This document shows positions 9,345-21,925 of a stretch of DNA of 64,000 nucleotides, one piece after another. A model generated the notes under the pieces. The model had not been told where the DNA came from. It ran no database searches and worked only from the letters and a program-made list of their open reading frames with translations. The DNA comes from Macrostomum lignano (lineage: Eukaryota). How positions within the stretch are numbered: position 1 is the stretch's first letter; each line of letters opens with the position of its first letter. The position numbers and the translations under genes were made by a program. Where the stretch lies: positions 62,001-126,000 of the forward strand of contig NIVC01000514.1 of NCBI GenBank assembly GCA_002269645.1, in the 5' to 3' direction.

Positions 9345-12339
9345 ATGGCTAGCTCAATATCTGAAGATGAGCTCTCTCATATTTTTACAGAGCTATGGGA
9401 TGTGGATGATAACCGCTGCCTCTATGGCGAAGACTATGAGCTCAACTTGCAGTGTAAGGCCTAGGCTTAGCTATATTTTAATCTATTTTCATACAAGGTA
9501 CTGTAGCATATCTGTAGGCATGACTGATATTGTCATAACCTGCAGCTTGCTTACATTGTACTTTTTGCTCTCATTTATAATGTCTCTGAAATTTCACTGT
9601 ACCTTTTACTGCCTTGCACTCCATCCTACAGCCTCTTTGCGGCGCTCAGATGGAGATGCCGATCGCTCATCTGAGCCACTCTTCCTCTGGCTTGACGAGG
9701 ACCGCGTGCTTGCACGGCCCACCTACCGGGGTGAGTCTGGGCCAGCTCTGTGCCTGCGCAGAGCTCGAACTCTTGCTGTCCTCTTGTCACTTGTAGCTTG
9801 TATCTTGTAACTGTGCCGATCTGTGCTTACTCAGTAGCTCAGTACTTACTTAGCCAGGGTCTCATATCGTCACCCAGTGTCTCATATCATCACCCAGTGT
9901 CTCATATCATCATCCAGTGTCTCATATCATCATCCAGTGTCTCATATCATCACCCAGCGTCTCATATCATTAGCCAGTGTCTCATATCATCATCCAGTGT
10001 CTCATATCATCATCCAGTGTCTTGTATCATCATCCAGTGTCTCATATCATCATCCAGTGTCTCATATCATCATCCAGTGTCTCATATCATCATCCAGTGT
10101 CTCATATCATCACCCAGTGTCTCATATCATCATCCAGTGTCTCATATCATCACCCAGTGTCTCATATCATCATCCAGTGTCTCATATCATCATCCAGTGT
10201 CTTGTATCATCATCCAGTGTCTCATATCATCATCCAGTGTCTCATATCATCATCCAGTGTCTCATATCATCATCCAGTGTCTCATATCATCACCCAGTGT
10301 CTCATATCATCATCCAGTGTCTCATATCATCACCCAGTGTCTCATATCATCATCCAGTGTCTCATATCGTCACCCAGTGTCTCATATCATCATCCAGTGT
10401 CTCATATCATCACCCAAGTGTCTCATATCGTCACCCAGTGTCTCATATCATCACCCAGTGTCTCATATCATCACCCTGTGTTTCATATCATCACCCTGTG
10501 TCTCATATCATCATCCAGTGTCTCATATCATCACCCAGTGTCTCATATCATCACCCAGTGTCTCATATCATCATCCAGTGTCTCATATCATCACCCAGTG
10601 TCTCATATCATCATCCAGTGTCTCATATCATCACCCAAGTGTCTCATATCGTCACCCAGTGTCTCATATCATCACCCAGTGTCTCATATCATCATCCAGT
10701 GTCTCATATCATCACCCAGTGTCTCATATCATCACCCTGTGTCTCATATCATCACCCAGTGTCTCATATCGTCACCCAGTGTCTCATATTATCACCCAGT
10801 GTCTCATATCGTCACCCAGTGTCTCATATCATCACCCAGTGTCTCATATCATCACCCAGTGTCTCATATCATCACCCAGTGTCTCATATCGTCACCCAGT
10901 GTCTTAACATTAGCCAATAATTAGAGTAATAACCGGTGTCTTGCATTACCAACTGATGTCCCAGGTTTCCTACCAAATAGGTGTCTTACATTATCAGCCG
11001 GTGTCTCACAACCGGTGTGCCACCCCTATCCCACCGCAGCATTCGCCGCCCTGCTGGACAACTACGAGCTGGCGGTGGGCATCCCGGAATCGGTGACAGC
11101 GGAGGAGCTGAGCGAGAACGCCGCCTTCATCCAGGCCTGTCTGGACACGCGGCCGATGCGGGCGGCTCACCGGTTCCTGGCCGGGCGAGGCCTCGCCAGC
11201 CAGAGCGTTCGAGGGTTCGCCGCGGAGCTTGACCAGATCTGGTTCCACATGTACAAGCGGGTGCGCGGCGGCCCCAGGAACCTCCAGGTACGAGTAAGCG
11301 GCTGATGGCCCGGTGGGAGCAGGCTGGGTTCAGTTGGTGTTTAGTCCCACTCTGGATCTCAGACAAGTGCAGGTGATCTCAGACAAGTGCTGGTGATCTC
11401 AGACAAGTGCAGGTGATTTCAGACAAGTGCAGGTGATCTCAGACAAACGCAGGTGATCTCAGGCAAGTGCAGGTGATCTCAGACAAGTAAAAATGATCTC
11501 AGACGTAATAATGAAGCCTGAGAGCAGAGCAGCCAATCAGTGACCAGCTGGGGGGACTGAATGAAGTCAGAGCAGAGCAGCCAATCAGTGACCAGCTGGG
11601 GCGACTGAATGAAGTCAGAGCAGAGCAGCCAATCAGTGACCAGCTGGAGGGACTGAATGAAGTCTGAGAGCAGAGCAGCCAATCAGTGACCAGCTGGAGG
11701 GACTGAATGAAGTCTGAGAGCAGAGCAGCCAATCAGTGACCAGCTGGAGGGACTAAATGAAGCCTGAGAGCAGAGCAGCCAATCAGTGACCAGCTGGAGG
11801 GACTAAATGAAGCCTGAGAGCAGAGCAGCCAATCAGTGACCAGCTGGAGGGACTAAATGAAGCCTGAGAGCAGAGCAGCCAATCAGAAGGCAGCATTGCA
11901 TTATCTGTCGCCCCGCCGCCAGGACTCCAGCGCATTCGAGCACGTGTTTGTCGGCGAGACCCGCTCAGAGGACGGCTCAGACTCGGAGGCGGCCTCGGTG
12001 ACGGGCGCGCACAACTGGCTGCAGCTGTACCTGCTGGAGCGGGCCGGCCGCCTCAACTACTTCGGCTACTACAGGCGAGGCACCGCCGCGCCGGGCGTGA
12101 ACGGGCAGCCAGGCCTGGCCGCGCTGAAGTTCAGCCTGGATGACGGGCCCGTCAAACCGCGCGGCGGCGGCTTTGTCGGCGTCAGTCCGGAGTTCGAACT
12201 CGCCTTGTACACCGTTGCCTTTCTGTGCTGCGGGGGCCAACGGCCGCAGGCTCGGATCGGGCCGCACCGGGTGCGGGTCTACTGCCACACCATCGGGCCC
12301 GGCCGCCTCGCCACCTGCTACCCGGAGCTCATCGATTGA
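9345..12339 (+). CDS. ENDOU: Poly(U)-specific endoribonuclease EndoU (XendoU family), 290 aa; exons 9345-9453, 9632-9730, 11040-11287, 11923-12339
   Basis: All junctions are GT-AG with matching phases (1,1,0). Total 873 nt = 290 aa + stop. Motifs: ELSHIFTELWDVDDNR, EPLF..LDEDRVLARPTY.AF.ALLDNY, DSSAFEHVFVGE, GAHNW, KPRGG.FVGVSPEFELALYT. The catalytic His/His/Lys positions are present. Confidence 0.93.
9858..10903. repeat. 20-bp minisatellite (ccagtgtctcatatcatcac) in EndoU intron 2
   Basis: About 50 copies. Explains the track ORFs at 9750-10924. Confidence 0.97.
11358..11502. repeat. 20-bp minisatellite (agacaagtgcaggtgatctc) in EndoU intron 3
   Basis: About 7 copies. Confidence 0.9.
11515..11886. 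repeat. 48-50-bp minisatellite carrying AGCCAATCAG (CCAAT box) in each unit, EndoU intron 3
   Basis: 8 copies of agccaatcag, at about 11531, 11579, 11628, 11678, 11728, 11778, 11828 and 11878. Confidence 0.92.
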
Positions 12340-12444
12340 GCGGCCTCGCTTTAGCGTGTGGGGGACTCGTTCGAGTGCTGAGCTTGGGTGAATCTGCAAG
12401 TGTGGGTGAATCTGCGTCCGTGAGATTCCGGGGTGAAATCGACT

Positions 12445-13025
12445 TTCTGTGAGTGAATCCGGGAGTTTCTGTGAGTGAATCCGGGAGTTTCTGTGAGTGA
12501 ATCCGGGACTTTCTGTGAGTGAATCCGGGAGTTTCTGTGAGTGAATCCGCGAGTTTCTGTGACTGAATCCGGGACTTTCTGTGAGTGAATCCGCGAGTTT
12601 CTGTGACTGAATCCGGGACTTTCTGTGAGTGAATCCGCGAGTTTCTGTGAGTGAATCCGGGAGTTTCTGTGAGTGAATCCGCGAGTTTCTATGAGTGAAT
12701 CCGGGACTTTCTGTGAGTGAATCCGCGACTTTCTGTGAGTGAATCCGCGACTTTCTGTGAGTGAATCCGCGAGTTTTTGAGTGAATCCGGGATTTTCTGT
12801 GAGTGAATCCGCGAATTTCTGTGAGTGAATCCGCGAGTTTGTGAGTGAATCCGGGACTTTCTGTGAGTGAATCCGCCCGCTACTTTCTGTGAGTGAATCC
12901 GCGAATTTCTGTGAGTGAATCCGCGAGTTTGTGAGTGAATCCGGGACTTTCTGTGAGTGAATCCGCCCGCTACTTTCTGTGAGTGAATCCGCGAGTTTCT
13001 GTGAGTGAATCCGCGAGTTTCTGAG
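12445..13025. repeat. ~20-bp minisatellite (ttctgtgagtgaatccggga) just 3' of EndoU
   Basis: Direct periodicity. Confidence 0.95.
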
Positions 13026-13557
13026 AGTAAAGTTTTCATAAAACAAATTTTGCCAATAAATTCTGTCCTATGCTGAACTTTTTCTTACCATATTTTATTT
13101 TTAAATACAACCGCATGCCCCCGACGCCTCACCCTGCAATCTCACACAGATGCCGCACCAATTTCCAGAGTTCATCAGCTTGGCTGATGCAGAATTGCTG
13201 GGCTGATTTGCTTTTGCGCCAAATTTTCCTTACTGTTCTTTGCAGAACCCACTGCACTGGCCGATGAAGATTTTATTAAATCTAATTTGTGAGAAGTTCA
13301 AGCAAACTTTCCTCCAAACATGACATGCACTGGTAGCTTTTTTCACTTTTGCAATATCAATTGGTGTCCGGTTTTTTCAGAGTGCGGTCCCTTAGAGTTT
13401 TTTGTGTCCGTCTTGCAATTTCGCAATCATTTATTTTACTTAAAACTGCCTTTTCCTTAGCGCTTATTGTTTTGAGTAGCAATGTACCGTTGATTATTTT
13501 TTTGCTAGTTTTTCAATTGTAGCGCCTCCGTATCTTCATAGTTCTAGATGATTTGCC

Positions 13558-13896
13558 TGCTGTGTTGGTTTGTTTTCCATTGAGCAAAGTGCTTGTGCGC
13601 CAGTCAATTTGACTGCTGTGTTGGTTTGTTTTCCATTGAGCAAAGTGCTTGTGCGCCAGTCAATTTGACTGCTGTGTTGGTTTGTTTTCCATTGAGCAAA
13701 GTGCTTGTGCGCCAGTCAATTTGACTGCTGTGTTGGTTTGTTTTCCATTGAGCAAAGTGCTTGTGCGCCAGTCAATTTGACTGCTGTGTTGGTTTGTTTT
13801 CCATTGAGCAAAGTGCTTGTGCGCCAGTCAATTTGACTGCTGTGTTGGTTTGTTTTCCATTGAGCAAAGTGCTTGTGCGCCAGTCAATTTGACTGC
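13558..13896. repeat. 56-bp tandem repeat, 6 near-identical copies
   Basis: Unit tgctgtgttggtttgttttccattgagcaaagtgcttgtgcgccagtcaatttgac. Confidence 0.95.
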
Positions 13897-14368
13897 CGGT
13901 TTTTGACTGCCCTAAAATCATTGATTTTCCTCTTTTATTAAAGGTGCTTTGATATATTAAGGTTTTGACTTTATAAAATAAATATTACGTTTCAATTTTT
14001 ATAAAACTACAATTACAAAAAGTTTTTTTAATAATTAAGTTATGCAATCTACTGTCTGAGACAAAATTTTACATTTCCATCTGCTAGAAGCCTTGATACT
14101 GCTTGTTGCTTTGCCATTATTTGCACATGTAGCTTAACAGCATTAGTACGACTGTCGACTACTTGTGTATGTATATCATGAACTAATAAACTGTGCAGTC
14201 CATAAAAAACTCGCAAGCAGTACGGTACTCAAGTTGCAAATACTAGTAAACTGAGTCATAAAATTACTTGCTATTTCTTTTGTAGAGGCAATAAAACGAC
14301 GTTTTGGCTTGATAAACATTGTATTTTACATATAAATATTTACAGACCTAAAATACAGACCTAAAATG

Positions 14369-14500
14369 CACTGGCGCAACAGGGGGCGGTCGCCACCCCC
14401 GGAGCCGAGCCCAAAAAAATCAAAGGGGATTAACCAAGCGCATTTTCACCTTACTGCCAACAGGGCCTCCCCGCCAAAAAAAATTCTGGTTGCGCCACTG
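14369..14500. mobile_element. 132-bp MITE, hAT-like
   Basis: 12-bp TIR CACTGGCGCAAC / GTTGCGCCACTG (1 mismatch). Flanking 8-bp duplication CTAAAATG (14361-14368) / CTAAAATA (14501-14508). An 8-bp TSD is typical of hAT. Confidence 0.75.
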
Positions 14501-17200
14501 CTAAAATAGGATTGCCCATTGAATGATCGGAACTTATGGTGTCCACTCCGAGTGCAACTTAGTTCTTTAAGTGGACTAGATTTTAACACTCAATTTTAAG
14601 TTGAAATGCTTTAGTAAATGCATTGTGCTTCTACATAGTAATTAAAATAAATATCGCTTTCTTATCTCCTACTAAAAGTGTTTAATATATTATTTCGACT
14701 ACTTTGAATTGGTGTTTATCGTTCCGTTTGTTATAATATCATATGCGCTTAATCTAAGGCTCGACTCGACTCGACCTACTTAATATAGTCATGCCTTGTG
14801 TCATGTTATCAATAGGTTATCAACAATACTTATCTTGTGTGCCATGGCATAGCCGAGCAACATTTTAAAAATTTTGGCATAGGACATGGAGTACGATCAA
14901 AATAACGGCCAGATAAACCATTTGTTAAATTCAATGATCCGATCCGATGGTCTAAGCCTATTATTAGCCTAGGCCTATTCAATCTTATGGCCTATGTCAC
15001 AAGCTTACAAATTTCTGTTGGTAGGGACTGAAGTGAGATTTCAAAAGTTATTTTAGTAATTTTTTATATTCCATTTGAAAAATCTCATTTGCCTAAGCCT
15101 AAAATAAAAGACACATTGCTTTTGAAAATTGGTCAAATAAAAAAGTTAGGCCTAGTAGGCCTCCCAAACTTTTTATATCTTAATTTTTTAATGTTTTTGT
15201 TATGTCTATTTGACATTGTAATCCTTTCTGATTCTGCCCAAAAACTTTGTTTTAATAATAATAATTTCATTTGTACATAATATTTTAACATAACTTTTAA
15301 CTTTTTAGGTATTCATTTGTCTAGGCCTAGGGCCTACTTTATTGTTTATTTAGGTCTAGGCTAAAACTAAAGGTTAATTTTTGATTTTCTAAAATGAGCT
15401 TATTACCTAATGACAGTGACTATTATATTGCTAGGATTGTATATCATTCATTAGATATATAGGTACTACTACTAGGGGGCCTAATATACAACACTAGATT
15501 AAAATTTGCTTCCTCAGCTTTTATATGCCAATGTAAGCCTATGCCAATGGACTAGCCCTAGGTCTATATTATATATAATTATAACTTATAAGATAAAAAA
15601 ATATGCATATAAATAGAAACAAAGAAAGACAATCTATATTTTAAGCTTATAATTTTTTTGCAAAAAAATGATTAAATAAAAACTTACTACACTAGGACTG
15701 ATATTTTACTGAACTGTTACAAACTTGTTTATTTTGTTTATAATAATTTTTAGTTTTAAGAAAATAATTTTTAGTTTGTTTTCTATTATTTTTGGGAAAT
15801 TTTTTGATAAAAATGTAACTATTCTAACTAGATATATATAGACTAGGCCTATTACTAAACTTAAACTAGGTCATTTTTTGTATGCTAAGTTGCTAATTAT
15901 ATACATTGGTTGGGACTCATAACTTGGTTACCTATACCAAGAAGGCCAATTTATATTGTGACAATATATACGTATGGTGGCCTTGGAAATAATCAATGAA
16001 GGTGATTAAGGCAGAGGCAAATTAATAGCAGTAGCACTTGGCAATGATGGTGATTGATGCAGGCAATGGCCGTGGACTTTGTTTCTTGTTATAATCAACA
16101 GAGGCAGGTCAAAGTATTGGTTGAATTGATGAGTCTGACTATGGTGGCAAGGTAATGGTAGAGGATGCACAATGGCGGTGCTTGTAGTGAGAGCTTGACA
16201 AAGAGGAGTAGCATGACTGAGGCTGGCAAAGGCTTAAGGTTAAGCCGTGGCGAAGTGAGGCAAAGAAAGAAAACCAAAGTAGAGGTGGCCAGGGCCTACA
16301 GACTACACTGGCTCACAAGGGTGGTGGCGGAGCAAAGTGGAGCAGAGTGAAAAGAAAAGAAAGAGAGAAGAGTGAAGGGCGCAAGTGAAAAGGCCCCGAG
16401 TGCATGACCAGACAGAACTGATAAGGACTAGGCTGGGAGGGGGCGCGAGAGAAATTAGTATAATTAATGTGGCATATTTCTATTGGCTGAATGGCTGACT
16501 GAGAAAAACAAGAACAGAAATTATTGATTGCACGCTCTTCTTAAGGCATTCTTAGGGCACTACTTTAAGCAGACATGAGAATATGGAACTGGTAATATTA
16601 AAGATTGGTACCATATATCAAAACAGCCCTTGGCGGGGCTACTGAAACTGGCAACGTCACATATATATTAATGCCAATGATATACTTTAGGTCTTTCTAT
16701 ATAGTATATATTAGAATTTTCTAATGACTAATATATATATATATACTATCTGGAATCTAACTTAATGCTAACACCAACATTGTTCTAAGGGTCACCTCTA
16801 TATTTTTAATCTCTTAATCTCACTGTGAGGTTACTAAGTTGCTATAGTGCTCACTGCTCTTTATTCTCCCTTTAAAATCTTATTAATGTCACCAATGTTA
16901 TTGCTGGCTCTTTTAGCTTGTCTTTTAAGATAATCTTACTAACATATCTCAATATACTATACTATGTATTAGTAGCAAGTCATGCAAAATTAGTAGCATA
17001 TTTTTGATTGAACAGTGCAAGTTCAAAGAAAATCAGTTAAGCCACTTTTGCTAAAATTGATCATATACATACCTAGAGATCAACAGACCATTTATAGTAT
17101 ATTAGATTATATAGTCAATAGTGTATTATGTATTCTGGGCCTAAGTGGTATTCTAGCACTATACTGCTCTCTTTATATATTCTCTAATCCAATATACTAA

Positions 17201-17562
17201 GGGGGGCCGTAGCCCAGCGGTAGCGAAGCTGCTCTAGTGTGCCAGCAACCCAGGCTCGATTCCAAGTGCAGTCACATTAATTTGGGGCTGAATTGGAATC
17301 TCGGCTTGGCTCTGCTCATGCAATTAACGGCCTTGAGAGCCAACCCCCCAAGGAGCAGTGAAGTGTACATGCCTAACAATAATATAAAGTTAGGGCCGCT
17401 GTACACTCCTGTGTGAGTGTGTGCCTGCGTACGTATCCGCGCGCTTGTATGCCTGCTCCGGGAAGTTGGCGGAATGGGCAGTAATGCCTCTCGCTGGTTA
17501 TGTGCCTATGTCGCTTAAAGTGCGCCAGGGTGCACACAACCCCCCTGCCTCTAATAAAAAAA
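17201..17562 (+). mobile_element. tRNA-derived SINE (~362 bp)
   Basis: A-box TAGCCCAGCGG at 17210-17220 and B-box-like GGCTCGATTCC at 17253-17263. 3' AATAAA plus poly(A). Perfect 15-bp TSD AATCCAATATACTAA at 17186-17200 and 17563-17577. Confidence 0.88.
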
Positions 17563-18460
17563 AATCCAATATACTAAATTCAATCTAGATACATTTGCTC
17601 CCATTGGGGATTTTTTAGTCCTAGTAGGTACTGGGATTATAGGATCATAACCATAATCTGGAGGGTGGCCTTTTTACTAGAAAATTCTGACATTTGCCCT
17701 TGTTGAAAAACTTGACGTATATAATTTTTAGAGAAACAAAGGTAAAACAAAAAAATAAAATTTTCTAGGAAAAAAGACACTAAAAGTTTAGTAAAACTCT
17801 TATTTCTAAAAATATATATTCATTAAAAAGTTCAAATATGTCATGTATTGTAAACAACTTTATGCTTGATATAAAAATCTTAATTTATGTCAATTTTATT
17901 AATGAATATAGACTTGAAAAACGAGTCTTTTCATTCCAGCATATGCCTACAATTTTAACTTTTAAAATCTCTCTAAATTCCCTACTTTATACATTTTTAG
18001 CCTAGGCTAACTCTCTAAAGATGTTTTTGCAAAGGTTTAGGCTATTTTGGTTATATTCATTATGTATAGATACTATAAAATAAAGCATAAAATATATGTG
18101 CATAGAGATTTGTTAAGTACAAAAAGTTATATAGAACATATTTATAATGTAAAAGGAATTTCTAGCCAAAATGATCATCATCATACTTAATTAGGCAAAA
18201 TGCATTATGAAAGTGTTACAGATTTTAAATACAAAAAAATTTAAAACCTTTTTATTACTTGACAAACTTTGAAAAGTAAGGGGTCTTTATACCTAAGCCA
18301 TTAAGATTTAGTAAATATTTTAATTTCAAAAAAACATTTAATAAAGTCTTACCCTAGTTGTAGGCCCCAATATAAAATAAACACTAGTTTTATTTTTGCT
18401 TTGCTTTTTGCATTCATTTGTGTCTAAAATAGGCCTCATTGAAACTATTTCCTCTGCAGG

Positions 18461-21400
18461 ATGCTGTCTCTGGGCTGTGTCCTGGTGCTGTGCCTGGCAG
18501 CCGCGGCCGGAGAGGACAAGGTGCGTTTTAACTTCTCCCAGACTGGCAAGATTCTCCTGTCTTGGGACGAAGTCTGGGAGGTCGGCAGCCCGAACATGAT
18601 GGCCTTCCTAATGCCCGACAAGAGCCTGAAGATCAAGATCGCCCTGCAAGGCAGGGCGGACATTGGCCACTCGGCCGTTCTCAAGTACAAGTGCGCCAAT
18701 AGCGCCACCTTCAACACCATCGACCTGTCGTCGGTGACCCGCCACCAGGAGCGGTGCGAGAGCACGCAGATCCCGTTCTCGGTGCGCATCATCGATGCCA
18801 AGGAGGGCTCCTACGAGTTCAAGCTGCTGGATACGCCGCTGGGCTCCTACGACGTGTTCAACAGCAAGCTGGAGCTGTTGGTGGAAGTGCTTGTGGCCGG
18901 ACAGCCGGAGGTGAAGCTGGTGTCCAACAGCCTGTTCGTGTGGAGTCTGGAACCCCTGGGCAAATACAGAAGCAAGACGTCCAGCGGCTCGTCCATCTCT
19001 ACTCGCTTTCTGACGCCGGATGCCGTGTCGTTTCTCAAGAACCTGAAGATGGAGTCCAACTTCGGCTTTAAGGAATTTCTCGACCCCTCCGTGGTCAACG
19101 CGCTAAGAAATGCCCCGCCGTTTCTCAGGGCCAAGATCAACATGGGAGCCGTGCTCAACTTCGATGCCGGCTCCTGCGAGAACTACCAGGTGTCCCGGGC
19201 GGCTCTGTTCGTGAATTATCACTCAAAGCTTGACGACAAGGCGCAGAACCTGCTCAAGCACATCCACCTGAACCTGGCCACCGGCAGGCTGCACTACGCC
19301 GCCTACGGCCTCAGCGCCAGCATTTTCAGTTCCTTCGAGGGGCGCTCGCCGACGCAGGTCGGCATCTGCGCCACGCTGTCGTTTTCCGGCCAGGGCCAGC
19401 CATACGACCGGACCTTCTCCGTTGAGCAGAAGATCCCCAGGGACAAGGTGATGTACACCAAGCAGGGAGTCAACGCGCCTGACTGCTCTCTACCCGACAA
19501 CGTGAATGAAGAGCCGATCTTCATATTCTCCGGCATGGACCACACGCCGCTGGTGTGCCCCATCATCTGCTCGGACCCGCTCACTGTCTACAAGTTCACG
19601 CACACCAGCAAGGACCACAGGAGGAAGGCTCTGACCCCTATGAGCACCAAGGACTGGACAGAGGTTGACGGCATCCGGGTTTCCAAGACAGGCAACATCA
19701 TCGAGTTCCCGCCGGCGGCGCAGAACCGTCACGCCGGCCAGTACATGTGCGAGGCGGGCAACAAGAAGTTCACATTTAACGCGGACGTAGTCAGCATGCC
19801 GCAGTTCAGCTACAAGCCGTCCGATGGCCCCAGCGAAGTGTCCGGCAGCCTGCCAGCCGTCATCTACGCCATGGAGGGCGAGTCCATGTCCTACAACTGC
19901 TCCACTTATTTCAACAACGTCGCCCAGGTGATCGCCGAGCCCGTGTTCTATTCGCCGGCCGTTCGCGAAAGCGCGGACTGGAAGGAGCTGCGGATGAGCG
20001 AGTTCAACTCGCTGTTCGGCTCGCGTCCGGTGTCGGTGGACACGCTGACCTCCCTGACGGACCGGCGGACCATCAACATCACGGTGAGCAGGGTGCCGCC
20101 CGGTGACTCCTCGACCGGCAGGGACTTCACCCACCGCGTCATCTGCCGGGCCACCGTCGGCAAAGCGGACGCTGAGAAGATCGGCATGCCGAAATACGTC
20201 GTGGAGTCTGGCAGCAGCGTGTTCTTCCTACCTCGGCCAACTCCTGCCAGCTTCGACCTGAGCAAGGCCAGGAACTGCTCGGAGCAGCGCTGCTCCACCG
20301 CGTCCGGGGCCGAGTTCTCCGTGGCTCTCAAGCCCGAGGTCACCGCTAAGCTCAAAGCTATCGGCGTGGAGGTGATGGCCATGTTTAAGATCGACGATGT
20401 CTATCTGAAGGACCTGAACATCATCAACCAGAAGGGCGTGTCCGAAATTACCTTCGAACGCGATACTAACAGGCTGACGTTCAAGGTGAGCTGCTGGTTC
20501 CAACTGGTCTTGTCAGGTTCAAGGTAGCCGGTTTCAACCAGCTAGACCGGTATCGCACCGTCCTCTTCTGGAGTGGGCCCTAGATCCCTGCTGTGGCCAC
20601 TGGAGTGACCCTGTTGTGGCCACTGGAGTGATCCCTGCTGTGGCCACTGGAGTGACCCTGTTGTGGCCACTGGAGTGACCCTGTTGTGGCCACTGAAGTG
20701 ACCCTGTTGTGGTCACTGGAGTGACCCTGTTTTGGCCACTGGAGTGACCCTTGTGCCCACTGGAGTGACCCTTGTTGTAACTACTGGAGTGACCCTGTTG
20801 TGATGTGACCACGTACTGGAGTGACCCTTGTGGACACTGGAGTGACCCTTGTGGCCACTGGAGTAACCCTTGTTGTAACTACTGGAGTGACCCTTGTGGC
20901 CACTGGAGTAACCCTTGTTGTAACTACTGGAGTGACCCTGCTGTGCTGTGACCACGTACTGGAGTGACCCTTGTGGACACTGGAGTGACCCTTGTGGCCA
21001 CTGGAGTGACCCTTGTGGACACTGGAGTGACCCTTGTGGACACTGGAGTGACCCTTGTGGACACTGGAGTGACCCTTGTGGACACTGGAGTGACCCTTGT
21101 TATGACTACTGGAGTAACCCTGTTTTGGTCACTAGAGTAGTTTCTACATGTATTGTGTTCCACGCAAAGACCCGTGTAGTGATTCCTGGTGTGGGCCCTG
21201 GATTGGTTCCTGCAGTGGCTCCCCTAGTGCTGACACCCACCGTGTTCAAGAGCCCAAAGAACGCTGGCTGCTGTGCACTCCGCCTGCTAGCCTCACCTCG
21301 GCCTCGATGTCGCCAAAACTCTGCCCTTAGTCGAGTTCGAACTCCCATCCCGCTGCCTGTAGGTGCACCCCATCACCGACGACAAGGTGCTGGTCGAGCT

Positions 21401-21756
21401 TCAGAAGCGCAAGACCCTCACGCCGGTGTTCAACTTCCGCTACCCCAGCCGGGTCAGCGGCCTGGTTAACCTTCAGCTGCATAAAGACCGACACGGCTCG
21501 CGCGATGTGGCCGCCGGCGACAAAGACTGCCGGGCCGACCGCATGTGCTTCTACTCTACGGACTTTGATGTGGCTTCCAGCCTCCGGCCCATCGTAATGG
21601 GTATAGACTTTCAGGTGAGGCTTGTCTGTCTGTATGTCTGTCTGTCCGTCTGTCTGTCTGTATGTCTTTCTGTCTGTCTGTCTCTCTGTCTGTCTGTCTC
21701 TCTGTCTCTCTGTCTGTCTATCTGTCTCTGTCTGTCTGTCTGTCTGTCTATCTGTC

Positions 21757-21789
<33 letters not shown>

Positions 21790-21812
21790 GTCTGTCTGTC
21801 TGTCTATCTGTC

Positions 21813-21879
<67 letters not shown>

Positions 21880-21886
21880 GTCTGTC

Positions 21887-21925
<39 letters not shown>

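Noticed and set aside
17201-17275. tRNA gene
   Set aside because: A/B boxes are present, but the sequence continues into a 290-bp body with a poly(A) tail and 15-bp TSD, and no convincing cloverleaf acceptor stem forms. It is a SINE head.
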